Shown here: piece by piece, positions 31,179 to 40,961 of the stretch
Numbering within the stretch: position 1 is the stretch's first letter
Layout: each line of letters starts with the position of its first letter
Virus record (IMG/VR): IMGVR_UViG_3300048854_000081
Span: 160,001-224,000 of that record
DNA: 64,000 bases
Source of the DNA: a virus
Taxonomy: Duplodnaviria; Caudoviricetes
Direction: 5' to 3' (one strand)
Notes under the pieces: generated by a model
What the model was told of the DNA's origin: nothing
The model's input: the letters and a program-made list of their open reading frames with translations, nothing else
The model's database searches: none
Program-made: the position numbers and the translations under genes

Positions 31179-31652
31179 ATGAGTAATATTGAAGATTTAA
31201 AAACCGTGTTTGACAGTGTTGTAAAGGGTGATGATGAAGCTGCACGTCAGGCTTTTCATACATATGCTACCGAAAAGGCAGCAGAAATCCTAAAGAGCAT
31301 GAAGGAAGAGAAGTCTCCTATCAAGTTGAAGGGTGATGATGTTTACGTTGAAGACAAGCATGTCGGTTCCGTAAAGCATGATGTCGAAGGTGACAAGGGT
31401 TACGAATATACCTCTAAGGATGGTAAGAAGAAAAAGTTCGAAAGCCTAAAGGATATGTACGCACATATCGGTGTGGAGCATAAGCTACACGAAGGCGTCA
31501 AGAATTATGAAAAAGAGGTTCAGGCTCTACCAAATCGTGACAAGTCCAAGGATGAAAAAGCATTTGAAGACGGTATCGATGGTAAGCCAGACGGTAAGGT
31601 AAAGCGTAAGGCTAAGGTCGAAAAGCTAGTCAGTGACATCGAAAAGAAGTAA
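31179..31652 (+). CDS. Prohead core protein-like
   Basis: Charged, in head operon, good SD (AAGGA). Confidence 0.5.
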   Translation: MSNIEDLKTVFDSVVKGDDEAARQAFHTYATEKAAEILKSMKEEKSPIKLKGDDVYVEDKHVGSVKHDVEGDKGYEYTSKDGKKKKFESLKDMYAHIGVEHKLHEGVKNYEKEVQALPNRDKSKDEKAFEDGIDGKPDGKVKRKAKVEKLVSDIEKK

Positions 31653-31666
31653 TCTAAGGAAAAGAA

Positions 31667-32299
31667 GTGGAACTATTAATCGAACGTTATACAAGCTCTG
31701 AAGCAAACATTATTACTGAGCAGATGAATGGTGGTAAGGATGTATTTCTTAATGGCCGTTTCCTTTCTGGTGCTATAAAGAATAGAAATGGTAGAGTCTA
31801 TCCAGTTAATGAAATCGCTAATGCGGTTAGAACTATTAACGAAATGATTCAGGGTCATGGTAGCGTCGTTGGCGAGCTTGACCACCCATCTAATCGTCTA
31901 ACCACCGAACTTAAGTATGCTTCGCATGTCATCACCGAGCTTCGTATGGATGGTGACCATGCAAATGGTAAGTTAAAGCTTCTTGCTACACCATACGGTG
32001 AAGTTGTTAAGGAATTGATTCGTGCCGGTTTCCGTCCAGACGTTTCGTCTCGTGGTGCTGGTAACGTAAACAATGAGGGTATCGTTGAAGGATTTATGAT
32101 TCAGACCATCGATATCGTAAGTCAGGCTTCAGGTATTGGTTGTGAGCCAGTTCCGGTTTATGAACATCTTGAAGATACCCGTCAGGGTATTCGTACTCTA
32201 ACATTGGCAGAAGCTACATTGGCCGACGTTAATGCACAAAAGTACTTTGTCAAGGAAGTCAAGAAGTTCTTGGATGAAATCTCAAAGTTTAATAAGTAA
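31667..32299 (+). CDS. gp21: Prohead protease (gp21-like)
   Basis: KNRNGRVYP, GELDHP, TPYG, VSSRGAG motifs. Confidence 0.93.
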   Translation: MELLIERYTSSEANIITEQMNGGKDVFLNGRFLSGAIKNRNGRVYPVNEIANAVRTINEMIQGHGSVVGELDHPSNRLTTELKYASHVITELRMDGDHANGKLKLLATPYGEVVKELIRAGFRPDVSSRGAGNVNNEGIVEGFMIQTIDIVSQASGIGCEPVPVYEHLEDTRQGIRTLTLAEATLADVNAQKYFVKEVKKFLDEISKFNK

Positions 32300-32320
32300 G
32301 TATTAATGTACTGATTTGCC

Positions 32321-32350
32321 GAAAAAGACCACATTAATGTGGTCTTTTTC
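32321..32350 (+). terminator. Intrinsic terminator after the prohead protease
   Basis: GAAAAAGACCAC-ATTAAT-GTGGTCTTTTTC. Confidence 0.75.
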
Positions 32351-32391
32351 ATTTGTGAAATAAATATTCCATTGGGATATAAAGGACATAT

Positions 32392-35300
32392 ATGAATTTT
32401 AACATTCACGGCTATCCGTACAGGGTAGGAGATATAGCATGGATGTTGAACGATAATTTGGAATACCGAAGCGGAGTCTGCTCGGCCAACACAGGATTTG
32501 TGTCTGGTGAATACACTTACAGATTTCTCATGGACGATACTGGCTTAGAAGAAGCGTTCACACAATCACATTTATATTCATTACTTAGCTATGCTGAAGC
32601 GGCTAAAAATCGTCTAGTCACACCCACTCCAACCATTTCTCCTACCCCAACAGTCCCAGTCACCCGAACCCCTGTTGCATCACCAACACCTACAGTTACA
32701 GTTTCTTTAAGTTATTATAAGCGTGCTAATCTATTGGCTACGGACGCTGTTCAGTGGCAAGCGACTAAAGGTAATGTTACTTTACTCAACGATAACTCAA
32801 TTAAGTTGGTATCTTCCAGTCAATATAAAACCGATACAGTAACCTTTCAGGCTAGCATTGCCGTCATTCCTAATATTGTCTACAATCTTGGTTTTAATTA
32901 TAATCAAGGAACTGGTCGTTACATATGCATTAACATATCAGGATCATCAGGTGACCTATTATTTTCTTTATCTGAAGACGATGATTCCATTGTAAATGGA
33001 AATTACAATGATAGCGGTAGAATATCGTCATCATTCAATACCGGCCAGTCAAACTACATAACTCTATCCTTTACCTTATGCTCGGGTCCAGATTTCCAGT
33101 ATCCAGCACCAAAGGATTATTTTTATACAATAGAGTCGATGGAGTTATCACATAATAATATTGCATTAACTCCAACTGGAACTATTGGTCTTACACCAAC
33201 GCCAACAAATACGAGAACCGTAACTCCTACAAATACGAAAACACCATCGTTGACGGCGAGTCCAACCGTGACAAAAACGCCGGGTACCACATTAAGTCCA
33301 ACCATTACCATCAGTCCGAGCCATGTGATCCCGTCGCCGACACCAACGTCTACACTTACAGTAACCCCTACCCATACATCAACACCGTCTGTAACGGCTT
33401 CCCACAGCGTTTCACTGACACCATCTGTAACAGGAACACCTTCCTTAACTGTGTCGCCAACAGTGACTACTTCAGTATCGGCAACGTCTGGAACTACAGC
33501 TACACCTACGCCAACAGTTTCGGCAACCATTTCATTAACACCATCATTAACTGGAACGCCGGGTGCCACAGGTTCTCCTACGGTAACACCAACTATTACA
33601 AGTTCTCCTACAGTAACTATCACTCCATCTAACACCGCTACACCAGAGGTGACACCAACAGCTACATCCGGAGCCACGATAACTCCTACAATAACACCGT
33701 CAGCTACAGTTACAATAACACCAACAAGTACTGGAACGCCGGGAGTAACAGCTACACCAAATTCGACCATATCTCCATCACCAACTATTACGACCACATC
33801 AGGGGTCACATCGACACCGACACCAACAGTATCATCTACAATATCGATAACGGCATCCCTAACGGGAACACCATCGGCTACAGTATCACCTACTGTAACG
33901 TCTACTATTACAGGTACACCATCAGTTACGGTCACTCCTACAGTAACTTCATCCACATCTGTGACACCTTCGGTAACTCAAACACCACCAGTTACAGAAA
34001 CATCAAGTGTAACTACCACGCCAACCCCTACACCATCGTTAACCTTATCCGAAACTATTACTCCAAGTCCTACACCAACTGTTACAACTACGGTTACTAA
34101 TACTGTTACCCCAACGTTGACTGGAACTCCGGCCAATACGGCAACCCCAAGTCCTACAGCAGCGGTAAGCGGTACCTCGGCTGTTACGATAACTCCAACA
34201 ATATCGAGCACTCCATCCTTAACCGGTACACCAGCAGTAACCCAATCGCTTACAATTACTCCATCATTAACGGGTACGCCTGCAAATACTGGTACACCAT
34301 TAGCGACAGTAACCCCAACTGTTACGGCATCGATATCTTTAACGCCTACATTAACTCCAACCTTACCAGCCAGTGGAACACCGGCTGTCACTGTTACTCC
34401 GTCATTAACGGGTACACCTTCGGTTACAGCTACAATATCGACATCGATAACCCCATCCATAACTCAATCACTTACGATATCTCCAAGTCTGACCGGTACT
34501 CCGGTAGTAAGCATTACACCATCCGTTACTGCCGCAACATCGGCAGCACTAGGTGTCACACCAACACCGTCTCCAACGATTACCGTAACTCCATCCATTA
34601 CGATTACTCCAACTCATACACCAACAAAAACCATTACGGTAACACCATCCGTAACTAAATCGATTTCCATTACGCCATCTGTAACCAAAACGGTAACAAT
34701 TACCCCAACCATTTCTCCAACCATATCTACTTCTCCAACGCCAACCCCATCGGTAGGTTCCAAGCTATTCCAGATAGGTTCGGCATCATCCGGTACATAC
34801 ACGGATTATATTACGGGATCGACTGCGCCAGTAAACACGCAAACTGTAGGTAGTGGATTTGTGGTGGTTGTCACAACGGCATCAAGTTTCACACCAGTTA
34901 TCACGGATACGTTTGGAAATACCTATACGAATATTTTCCAAGGAGTTCAGCTATCGACCACAGTTACAGCGCAAACTCGTTTCTATCACATGTTCTATTG
35001 TGCTAAGGGTACGGGTGGTACGAACCATGTGATCACGGCTACCTATGATAGTGACTATCCATCTGTATACTTTACAGAAATCGTTACAGGCGGTAACGGA
35101 AATGGTATTGCATTGGATACTTACACGACAAATCCTACCGGTACGTCGCCATACACTGGTACAAGCATCACAACATCGGCTGTAAATGAGATCATCTTGT
35201 CTTTTGTGGCGCTTAACTCATTCTCCACAACAGTCACCATGACGCCGGGTGTTGGATATACTAAGATTAATGAACAAAAGACCTTGGGATACGTGGTAGG

Positions 35301-35409
35301 TGCTACAGCCTATCAATATGCTAATACAATAGGCTCTTACGGAGCATCTTGGACGGCATCGGCTTCTGTCGATACTTCCATAGCCATAGTAGCTTTCAAA
35401 GCTGCCTAA
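32392..35409 (+). CDS. Mucin-like Thr/Pro/Ser-rich late protein (likely virion fibre/decoration)
   Basis: ~530-aa TPT/TPS/TVT low-complexity stalk between beta-rich domains; late promoter at 32360. Confidence 0.7.
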   Translation: MNFNIHGYPYRVGDIAWMLNDNLEYRSGVCSANTGFVSGEYTYRFLMDDTGLEEAFTQSHLYSLLSYAEAAKNRLVTPTPTISPTPTVPVTRTPVASPTPTVTVSLSYYKRANLLATDAVQWQATKGNVTLLNDNSIKLVSSSQYKTDTVTFQASIAVIPNIVYNLGFNYNQGTGRYICINISGSSGDLLFSLSEDDDSIVNGNYNDSGRISSSFNTGQSNYITLSFTLCSGPDFQYPAPKDYFYTIESMELSHNNIALTPTGTIGLTPTPTNTRTVTPTNTKTPSLTASPTVTKTPGTTLSPTITISPSHVIPSPTPTSTLTVTPTHTSTPSVTASHSVSLTPSVTGTPSLTVSPTVTTSVSATSGTTATPTPTVSATISLTPSLTGTPGATGSPTVTPTITSSPTVTITPSNTATPEVTPTATSGATITPTITPSATVTITPTSTGTPGVTATPNSTISPSPTITTTSGVTSTPTPTVSSTISITASLTGTPSATVSPTVTSTITGTPSVTVTPTVTSSTSVTPSVTQTPPVTETSSVTTTPTPTPSLTLSETITPSPTPTVTTTVTNTVTPTLTGTPANTATPSPTAAVSGTSAVTITPTISSTPSLTGTPAVTQSLTITPSLTGTPANTGTPLATVTPTVTASISLTPTLTPTLPASGTPAVTVTPSLTGTPSVTATISTSITPSITQSLTISPSLTGTPVVSITPSVTAATSAALGVTPTPSPTITVTPSITITPTHTPTKTITVTPSVTKSISITPSVTKTVTITPTISPTISTSPTPTPSVGSKLFQIGSASSGTYTDYITGSTAPVNTQTVGSGFVVVVTTASSFTPVITDTFGNTYTNIFQGVQLSTTVTAQTRFYHMFYCAKGTGGTNHVITATYDSDYPSVYFTEIVTGGNGNGIALDTYTTNPTGTSPYTGTSITTSAVNEIILSFVALNSFSTTVTMTPGVGYTKINEQKTLGYVVGATAYQYANTIGSYGASWTASASVDTSIAIVAFKAA

Positions 35410-35410
35410 C

Positions 35411-35440
35411 GAAAAACCCCGCTTTCGCGGGGTTCTTTTT
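35411..35440. terminator. Bidirectional intrinsic terminator
   Basis: AAAAACCCCGC-TTTC-GCGGGGTTCTTTT. Confidence 0.8.
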
Positions 35441-35771
35441 AATCAATATCAAAATCTTCAGTAGGTTCTCTGTCAATTGGTTGGTCTGCTGACCTTTGTC
35501 TGGCTTGGCCGAGATTTCTACGTTCCTCGGAACCACCATTAGCAGCCATGGAAAGAGCTTGGCTACCTTTATCAGTGATGTCCATGGACAATTCATCTAC
35601 CAAACCCAAGCCAATCAATGATTCAATGGCATCTTGTGCTGCTGTGGAAGCTGATTCATAATCAAATCTACCTTCTGAAACCTTCCTTAGAAGGCCAATC
35701 TGTAATGCAGATAGCTGTTTGAAAGCCAAGTCCGCACCTATATCTTCATTTATAATATTCTGAATTTTCAT
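35439..35771 (-). CDS. Small late protein with MKIQNIINE leader; possible winged-helix internal head protein
   Basis: Late motif upstream; LIGLGLVD..ITDKGSQAL. Confidence 0.5.
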   Translation of the reverse strand: MKIQNIINEDIGADLAFKQLSALQIGLLRKVSEGRFDYESASTAAQDAIESLIGLGLVDELSMDITDKGSQALSMAANGGSEERRNLGQARQRSADQPIDREPTEDFDID

Positions 35772-35900
35772 CCATAACTCCGTTTGTTCAAATATTTATT
35801 TTGGAATCATAGATTTTAATAGTTTTGAAGTCAAGGGTTTTGAAAGTTGTACCCAAGACTTTTCTATGATAAACTCGCGATGTTAAGATAAAGAATTGAA

Positions 35901-36458
35901 ATGCAAAATTACTGGTTTTCCTCCGATCAACATTACTTCCATAAGAATATCCTTAAGTTCACCGATAGACCCTACGAAAACGTAGAAGATATGAACGAGG
36001 CTTTCATTGAGTGGAACAACGCCAATGTGGGCGAAAAGGATGTTGTCTGGAATCTAGGTGATTTCAGCTTCGGTGACATTGAACAAACAAAGTCTGTCCT
36101 AAGACGCCTCAAAGGTCAACAGAACCTAATCCTAGGTAACCATTGTCACAATCTATTCAATCATAGGAATGAGTTACTAAACGAAAAACTCTTTATGTCA
36201 ATTCAACATTATAGAGAATTACGTTTTGATAAGACGCGTCTTGTTCTATCACATTACCCAATGCGTTCGTGGAGTGGTTCCAATAGAGGATCGATCCAAC
36301 TGTTCGGCCATGTTCACGGTCACCTAGCTCCTTATGGTAAGTCCGTAGATGTGGGCGTGGATAGCGAATGGATCACGGGATCATATGCTGGTAGAGCATT
36401 TCATCTAGATGAAATTCTAGACTACATGAAAGATAGGCAGATTGAAAATGATTACTGA
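35901..36458 (+). CDS. Calcineurin-like metallophosphoesterase
   Basis: SDQHYFH, LGDFS, GNH, HYP, GHVH. Confidence 0.9.
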   Translation: MQNYWFSSDQHYFHKNILKFTDRPYENVEDMNEAFIEWNNANVGEKDVVWNLGDFSFGDIEQTKSVLRRLKGQQNLILGNHCHNLFNHRNELLNEKLFMSIQHYRELRFDKTRLVLSHYPMRSWSGSNRGSIQLFGHVHGHLAPYGKSVDVGVDSEWITGSYAGRAFHLDEILDYMKDRQIENDY

Positions 36459-36882
36459 TGTAGTTTATCTAGAGAAGCCTAAACGGGCTTGTGGTAGTAC
36501 CAGTTACTTAATGCAAATGGTAGCTGAAAACCCAAATGTAGATTTTTATGTTATATCTATAACGAAGTCTGTGACTGAAAATATAACCAGATCATATCGA
36601 CATTTAAAAAATATTAATGTAGTTCATCATAATAGAGTACAAGGTTTTGCCAATAAACTGATTGGCCTTAGGGAATATATTCTCATATTTCTCGATTGGA
36701 ACATGAAGAATGAGGAACATCGTCAGACTGTCGAGTTATATGCGGCACATGCACGAGCGCTAAATTTTGGGATTATTGTAGAGGATACGAGTAAAATGAA
36801 GGCAGACGTAGGCTTAGTTTATAGTCCGTATATTCCTCTTATGAAAGTTAAAAGTTATACAAAACATTGGGATATAATATGA
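36442..36882 (+). CDS. Hypothetical protein with degenerate P-loop N-terminus and capsid-like YSPYIPL motif
   Basis: KPKRACGSTS; ADVGLVYSPYIPLM. Confidence 0.5.
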   Translation: MKMITDVVYLEKPKRACGSTSYLMQMVAENPNVDFYVISITKSVTENITRSYRHLKNINVVHHNRVQGFANKLIGLREYILIFLDWNMKNEEHRQTVELYAAHARALNFGIIVEDTSKMKADVGLVYSPYIPLMKVKSYTKHWDII

Positions 36883-37430
36883 CATGTGTAGTAGGTTTGA
36901 AGCATAACGGTAAGGTTTCCATTGGAGCAGATTCCCTTGGTTCCAATACACTTATGCAGAAAACGGTTAGATTAGATGAGAAAGTGTTCAAGAATGGTGA
37001 AATGCTATTCGGATTTACTAACTCATTTAGAATGGGACAAATTTTACGATACTCATTCATCCTACCAGATAGAATAGAAGGATTGAGCGATATGGAATAC
37101 TTGGTAGCCCATTTCGTTCCATCATTGATAGAATGTTATGAAGTTAATGGCTTCCTGAAGAAAGGCGAAGGTCTTGAATATTCAGGTGGACAATTCTTAT
37201 TAGGATATCGTGGTAATCTTTATAATATCGATGAAGATTTCCAAGTGGGCATTCCAGCAATCGATTATGATGCTTTGGGTTGCGGTGGTGACATTGCTCT
37301 AGGGTCGCTCCACACGACCGGTAAGCTAGACAAAACAATAACTCCGGCCAAGAGAATTACCCTAGCATTGGAAGCTTCCACAGAACATTCGGCTGGTGTT
37401 GCACCACCATTTAACATATTGACAATTTAA
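36879..37430 (+). CDS. HslV/proteasome-beta-like Ntn hydrolase
   Basis: MTCVVGL..IGADS N-terminal Thr nucleophile; ALGCGGDIALGSL; SAGVAPPF. Confidence 0.8.
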   Translation: MTCVVGLKHNGKVSIGADSLGSNTLMQKTVRLDEKVFKNGEMLFGFTNSFRMGQILRYSFILPDRIEGLSDMEYLVAHFVPSLIECYEVNGFLKKGEGLEYSGGQFLLGYRGNLYNIDEDFQVGIPAIDYDALGCGGDIALGSLHTTGKLDKTITPAKRITLALEASTEHSAGVAPPFNILTI

Positions 37431-37438
37431 GGATTGAA

Positions 37439-37981
37439 ATGAGCAATTTGAATGACATATTCCTTGTAGAAGGAAAGCAGATTAAGAGAGCTTATGAAGC
37501 TCCTGAAAAGGTAAGAGTACCATCAGGTGGATTAAGCATCTTCCTCGCTGGCTCTATTGAAATGGGTAAAGCCATTGACTGGCAAACCAAGATCACGGAA
37601 GACCTGATCGAAAAATTTTCTAACATCTATATCGTGAACCCACGTCGTAAAGATTGGGATTCATCATGGAAGCAGGAAATTGAAAATAAGCAGTTCAATG
37701 AACAGGTTACGTGGGAATTAAGCAACATTGAAAATAGTTCAATAGTCATGTACTATTTCGACAAAGAGACCCAATCACCAATCACCTTGGCCGAGTTGGG
37801 TATTGCTGCTGGTAAGTTTCCAGAAAAGGCCGTAGTGATTTGCCCTAAGGGTTACTTCCGTAAAGGTAACGTTGACATCATTTGTGACCGTTATGGAATT
37901 GCTCAGGTAGACACCCTTGAAGAACTTCCAGATTTCCTAGCTAAGAAATATCCACTTAAAAATAATAAAGGAACAAAATAA
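37439..37981 (+). CDS. Nucleoside 2-deoxyribosyltransferase-like protein
   Basis: IFLAGSIEMG..WQ, NPRR..WD, QVTWEL, SPITLAELG, RKGNVDI. Confidence 0.85.
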   Translation: MSNLNDIFLVEGKQIKRAYEAPEKVRVPSGGLSIFLAGSIEMGKAIDWQTKITEDLIEKFSNIYIVNPRRKDWDSSWKQEIENKQFNEQVTWELSNIENSSIVMYYFDKETQSPITLAELGIAAGKFPEKAVVICPKGYFRKGNVDIICDRYGIAQVDTLEELPDFLAKKYPLKNNKGTK

Positions 37982-38139
37982 TGCCGCTACATACGTACCA
38001 CTGTGAAAAGTGTGAAAAAGACGAAGATCGTCTAGTAAAATTTTCAGATGCCGATGCGCAGACTTGTGCATGTGGTGAACCATTGAAGATCGTGCCGCAG
38101 TATTCTGGAAATTTCCAGTTGAAAGGTAGATTTCATTGA
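37981..38139 (+). CDS. FmdB-family zinc-ribbon protein (52 aa)
   Basis: MPLHTYHCEKC...CACG...FQLKG; below the ORF-track cutoff. Confidence 0.75.
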   Translation: MPLHTYHCEKCEKDEDRLVKFSDADAQTCACGEPLKIVPQYSGNFQLKGRFH

Positions 38140-38519
38140 GTAAGAAAGTATTTGCATTTGATGTGGATGAAACTCTAACCATATCAAATGGACCTGTCGA
38201 TGTCAGCAACGTGAAGGCACTTTATGATGCCGGTCACGTTGTTGGTATTTGTGGTAACTGGTCACACTTCGTAAGAAGCGTTCCTGATTGGAACCGTATG
38301 GTTTCTTTCGTAGGGCAGTTCTATCATCACATGTCCAAGGCAGACTTCCTACGATATTTAAAAGATGCTATAGTTGCTGATGAATATGTCTTGATTGGCA
38401 ATGATCCAGCCCATTTTGGGAACTCAAATGATATTCAGGCGGCTCAAGAAGCTGGTTGGACCTTCGTAAGAGAAGATAACTTTAGACTAGAAGATTGGCT
38501 ATGCTCTCTGAAGAATTAA
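38136..38519 (+). CDS. HAD-like hydrolase
   Basis: FAFDVDETL; IGND..NDIQAAQEAGW. Confidence 0.75.
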   Translation: MSKKVFAFDVDETLTISNGPVDVSNVKALYDAGHVVGICGNWSHFVRSVPDWNRMVSFVGQFYHHMSKADFLRYLKDAIVADEYVLIGNDPAHFGNSNDIQAAQEAGWTFVREDNFRLEDWLCSLKN

Positions 38520-38698
38520 TTGTAAATGCTATTATCGATTTAGAATCGGATGTCAATCCTGATGATGAATTCTCGGGATTGGATGAATATAACCAAGGCC
38601 AGCTATCGGCTTACTATTATGTCATTGGAAGAACTCTGACAAAAGCCGAGAAGCTTAAGGTTAAACAAGAATTTAAACGCAAAGGTTTAGGAACATGA
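38495..38698 (+). CDS. Hypothetical protein
   Basis: ORF in tightly packed operon. Confidence 0.5.
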   Translation: MAMLSEELIVNAIIDLESDVNPDDEFSGLDEYNQGQLSAYYYVIGRTLTKAEKLKVKQEFKRKGLGT

Positions 38699-39147
38699 AA
38701 TTTAGAACAAGAAAGTTGGTCAAGCACTGCGACCTAAATCCAGCAGGAACCTTGTTCGGTGGTCGAGCATTGGAATGGATTGACGAAGAGGCAGCTATCT
38801 ATTCTCTTTGCCAATTAAAATTTCCAACTCACCTCGTAACTAAGGCAATGTCCAAAATCGATTTCAAGGCACCAGCGCGTCTAGGTGACATTGTAGAAAT
38901 TGGAATGGATACGGTCGCGGTTGGTACCACGTCGATCACTGTGGCTTGTACGTTGCGAAACAAACGGACTACAGAGATTATTCTCCGCGTCGATAAGATC
39001 GTGTTTGTAAATCTTGGACCAGATGGCAAGCCATCCCCACACGATGTTGAATGGGTTCAGCCATACGATAATGCAGTCTATTACACAGATGGCTTTGGAA
39101 ATTCAATAGTATCTCGTAACGGTCTTCAGGATTTTTTGGTAGAATAA
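38695..39147 (+). CDS. Acyl-CoA thioesterase (hotdog fold)
   Basis: DLNPAGTLFGGRALEWIDE, IDFKAPARLGD, GTTSI. Confidence 0.9.
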   Translation: MKFRTRKLVKHCDLNPAGTLFGGRALEWIDEEAAIYSLCQLKFPTHLVTKAMSKIDFKAPARLGDIVEIGMDTVAVGTTSITVACTLRNKRTTEIILRVDKIVFVNLGPDGKPSPHDVEWVQPYDNAVYYTDGFGNSIVSRNGLQDFLVE

Positions 39148-39148
39148 T

Positions 39149-39736
39149 ATGTTATATGATAAGTTAATTTGGATTGATCTTGAAACCACCGGTTTAGATC
39201 AAGATGATGGAATGCGTGGTTGTATCGATCATGATATTTTAGAGATTGGGCTTCACATTACCGACCTTGATTTCAATATTTTGGATGAAGGACTACAAAT
39301 TCCAATCTACCACATCATGGATGATATTAAATCGAAGATGAATGCATTCGTATTAGACATGCACACCAAAAACGGGCTGCTTGAAGATGTAAGTAGAGCC
39401 GTCTGCAACTTAAGTGCTGCTGATCTAGTGGTCACGAACTATCTTGCATCGTTTGATATCGTACCGGGTACAGTTCCCATTTGTGGAAACAATGTAGGTT
39501 TTGATAAAAATTTCATTGCTGCACAAATGCCCCTTCTTACCAAGATGCTTCATTACAGAAAGATCGATGTCAGTTCTTTTAAAGAAGTCGCACGTAACAT
39601 CGTTCCTGAAGCATTCTTTCTAGCTGAACGTTTGAAAGAAAAGGATGCTAGTCATCGTGCTCTGGACGACATTAAAATGTCAATTAAGGAAATGGTCATC
39701 TATCGTGACCACATGTTAAATTATAGGAAACTTTAA
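39149..39736 (+). CDS. orn: Oligoribonuclease (DEDDh)
   Basis: LIWIDLETTGL, MHTKNGL, GNNVGFDK, HYRKIDVSSFKE, HRALDDI. Confidence 0.92.
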   Translation: MLYDKLIWIDLETTGLDQDDGMRGCIDHDILEIGLHITDLDFNILDEGLQIPIYHIMDDIKSKMNAFVLDMHTKNGLLEDVSRAVCNLSAADLVVTNYLASFDIVPGTVPICGNNVGFDKNFIAAQMPLLTKMLHYRKIDVSSFKEVARNIVPEAFFLAERLKEKDASHRALDDIKMSIKEMVIYRDHMLNYRKL

Positions 39737-40269
39737 TGGATGCATACAGTGGGATCGGATCGCGTGAAACTCCATCCGATGTCATGGGAATGATGACCAA
39801 GATTGCCAGACAACTACAAGATTTGTTAATCTTGCGATCAGGTCATGCTCCGGGTGCGGATACTGCATTTGAACAGGGCATAACGAATGGAAATATGGAA
39901 ATTTATATTCCGTGGAAAGGATTTGGTGGAAGCACTTCTAATCTTTATGAATCTCTTCCGCTTGCATATGAAATTGCATCCCAGTATCATCCTACATGGA
40001 AGACTCTACGCGATCCTGTAAAACGACTTATGTCCAGAAACGTACATCAAGTACTTGGACCAAACCTCGACAGTCCTGCTAAGTTTGTGTTATGCTGGAC
40101 ACCGGATGGTGCAGAGAGTCATAAAACCCGTTCCCAAAAGACTGGTGGTACTGGTCAGGCTATTTCAATAGCTTCGGAGAATAATGTACCAGTAATTAAC
40201 ATGAAGAATTTCTTCTGGAAGGATCGTCTTCTGGAAATCGTTTCGGAACTAAGAGAAGAATATGAATAA
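39736..40269 (+). CDS. SLOG/DprA-like nucleotide-binding protein
   Basis: YSGIGSRETP, LRSGHAPGADTAFE, GGTGQAI. Confidence 0.8.
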   Translation: MDAYSGIGSRETPSDVMGMMTKIARQLQDLLILRSGHAPGADTAFEQGITNGNMEIYIPWKGFGGSTSNLYESLPLAYEIASQYHPTWKTLRDPVKRLMSRNVHQVLGPNLDSPAKFVLCWTPDGAESHKTRSQKTGGTGQAISIASENNVPVINMKNFFWKDRLLEIVSELREEYE

Positions 40270-40645
40270 ATGGTTTGAAGCTGTAACTGATGCTTTTAAT
40301 AAAACTGCAATGTCACGTATTGGTGGTACATTGATCGATATCGTAAACATTGGACGCTTGGCTGATCCTGTACAGTGGACACCATCGGATGTCCTCGCCA
40401 AGCTTGGTGAAGAGGCTGGTGAGCTATCCAGAGCCGTTCAGATCAAGCGCGGTAAGCTTCCATCCAAGACTCAACCGGATGGAGAAGAGTTCCGTGAGTG
40501 TGCTGATGTCATCAACTGTGCTATCGATGCTGTATCACAGGTTAACCGTGATTTGACACCAGAGGAAATTATTGCTAGATTGCAATTAGCAATGATCGAA
40601 AAGAATGCTAAATGGAAGGGTATCCTTCTTAAGGAACGAGTATGA
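40262..40645 (+). CDS. MazG-like NTP pyrophosphohydrolase
   Basis: KLGEEAGEL..ECADV. Confidence 0.8.
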   Translation: MNKWFEAVTDAFNKTAMSRIGGTLIDIVNIGRLADPVQWTPSDVLAKLGEEAGELSRAVQIKRGKLPSKTQPDGEEFRECADVINCAIDAVSQVNRDLTPEEIIARLQLAMIEKNAKWKGILLKERV

Positions 40646-40947
40646 ACACTACATTAGATTTCAGTAAGTTAAACATTGGTCAGCTTCCTGCCGGTCCATT
40701 TGCCGAATTTTATAGAAAATTCCAAGCATTGGCGGACGAGTATTTCGCTGATGTTGATGTGCAAGGATTGACCAAGTATGTCCTTGAACGCAGAGGCACA
40801 TCATACCTACATAGTTCTGCTTTCACTGACGCCACAGGCACAAGATATACCCTAGAGGTTAAAATGTCTAAGGATACGTTTGCTGAATTTTTGTCTGAAC
40901 TGGCGAAGTCAGAGAAAGACGGTATCCCATTCACACCTCTATCATAA
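40642..40947 (+). CDS. Hypothetical protein
   Basis: ORF with overlapping start/stop. Confidence 0.5.
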   Translation: MNTTLDFSKLNIGQLPAGPFAEFYRKFQALADEYFADVDVQGLTKYVLERRGTSYLHSSAFTDATGTRYTLEVKMSKDTFAEFLSELAKSEKDGIPFTPLS

Positions 40948-40961
40948 TCGAGGAATTTATC

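Noticed and set aside
33170-34750. Repetitive DNA as a possible CRISPR or tandem repeat array
   Set aside because: Repeats exist at the protein level with degenerate codons; no fixed repeat-spacer pattern
33123-34802. Val/Gly-rich minus-strand ORFs
   Set aside because: Antisense reading of the Thr/Pro repeat codons
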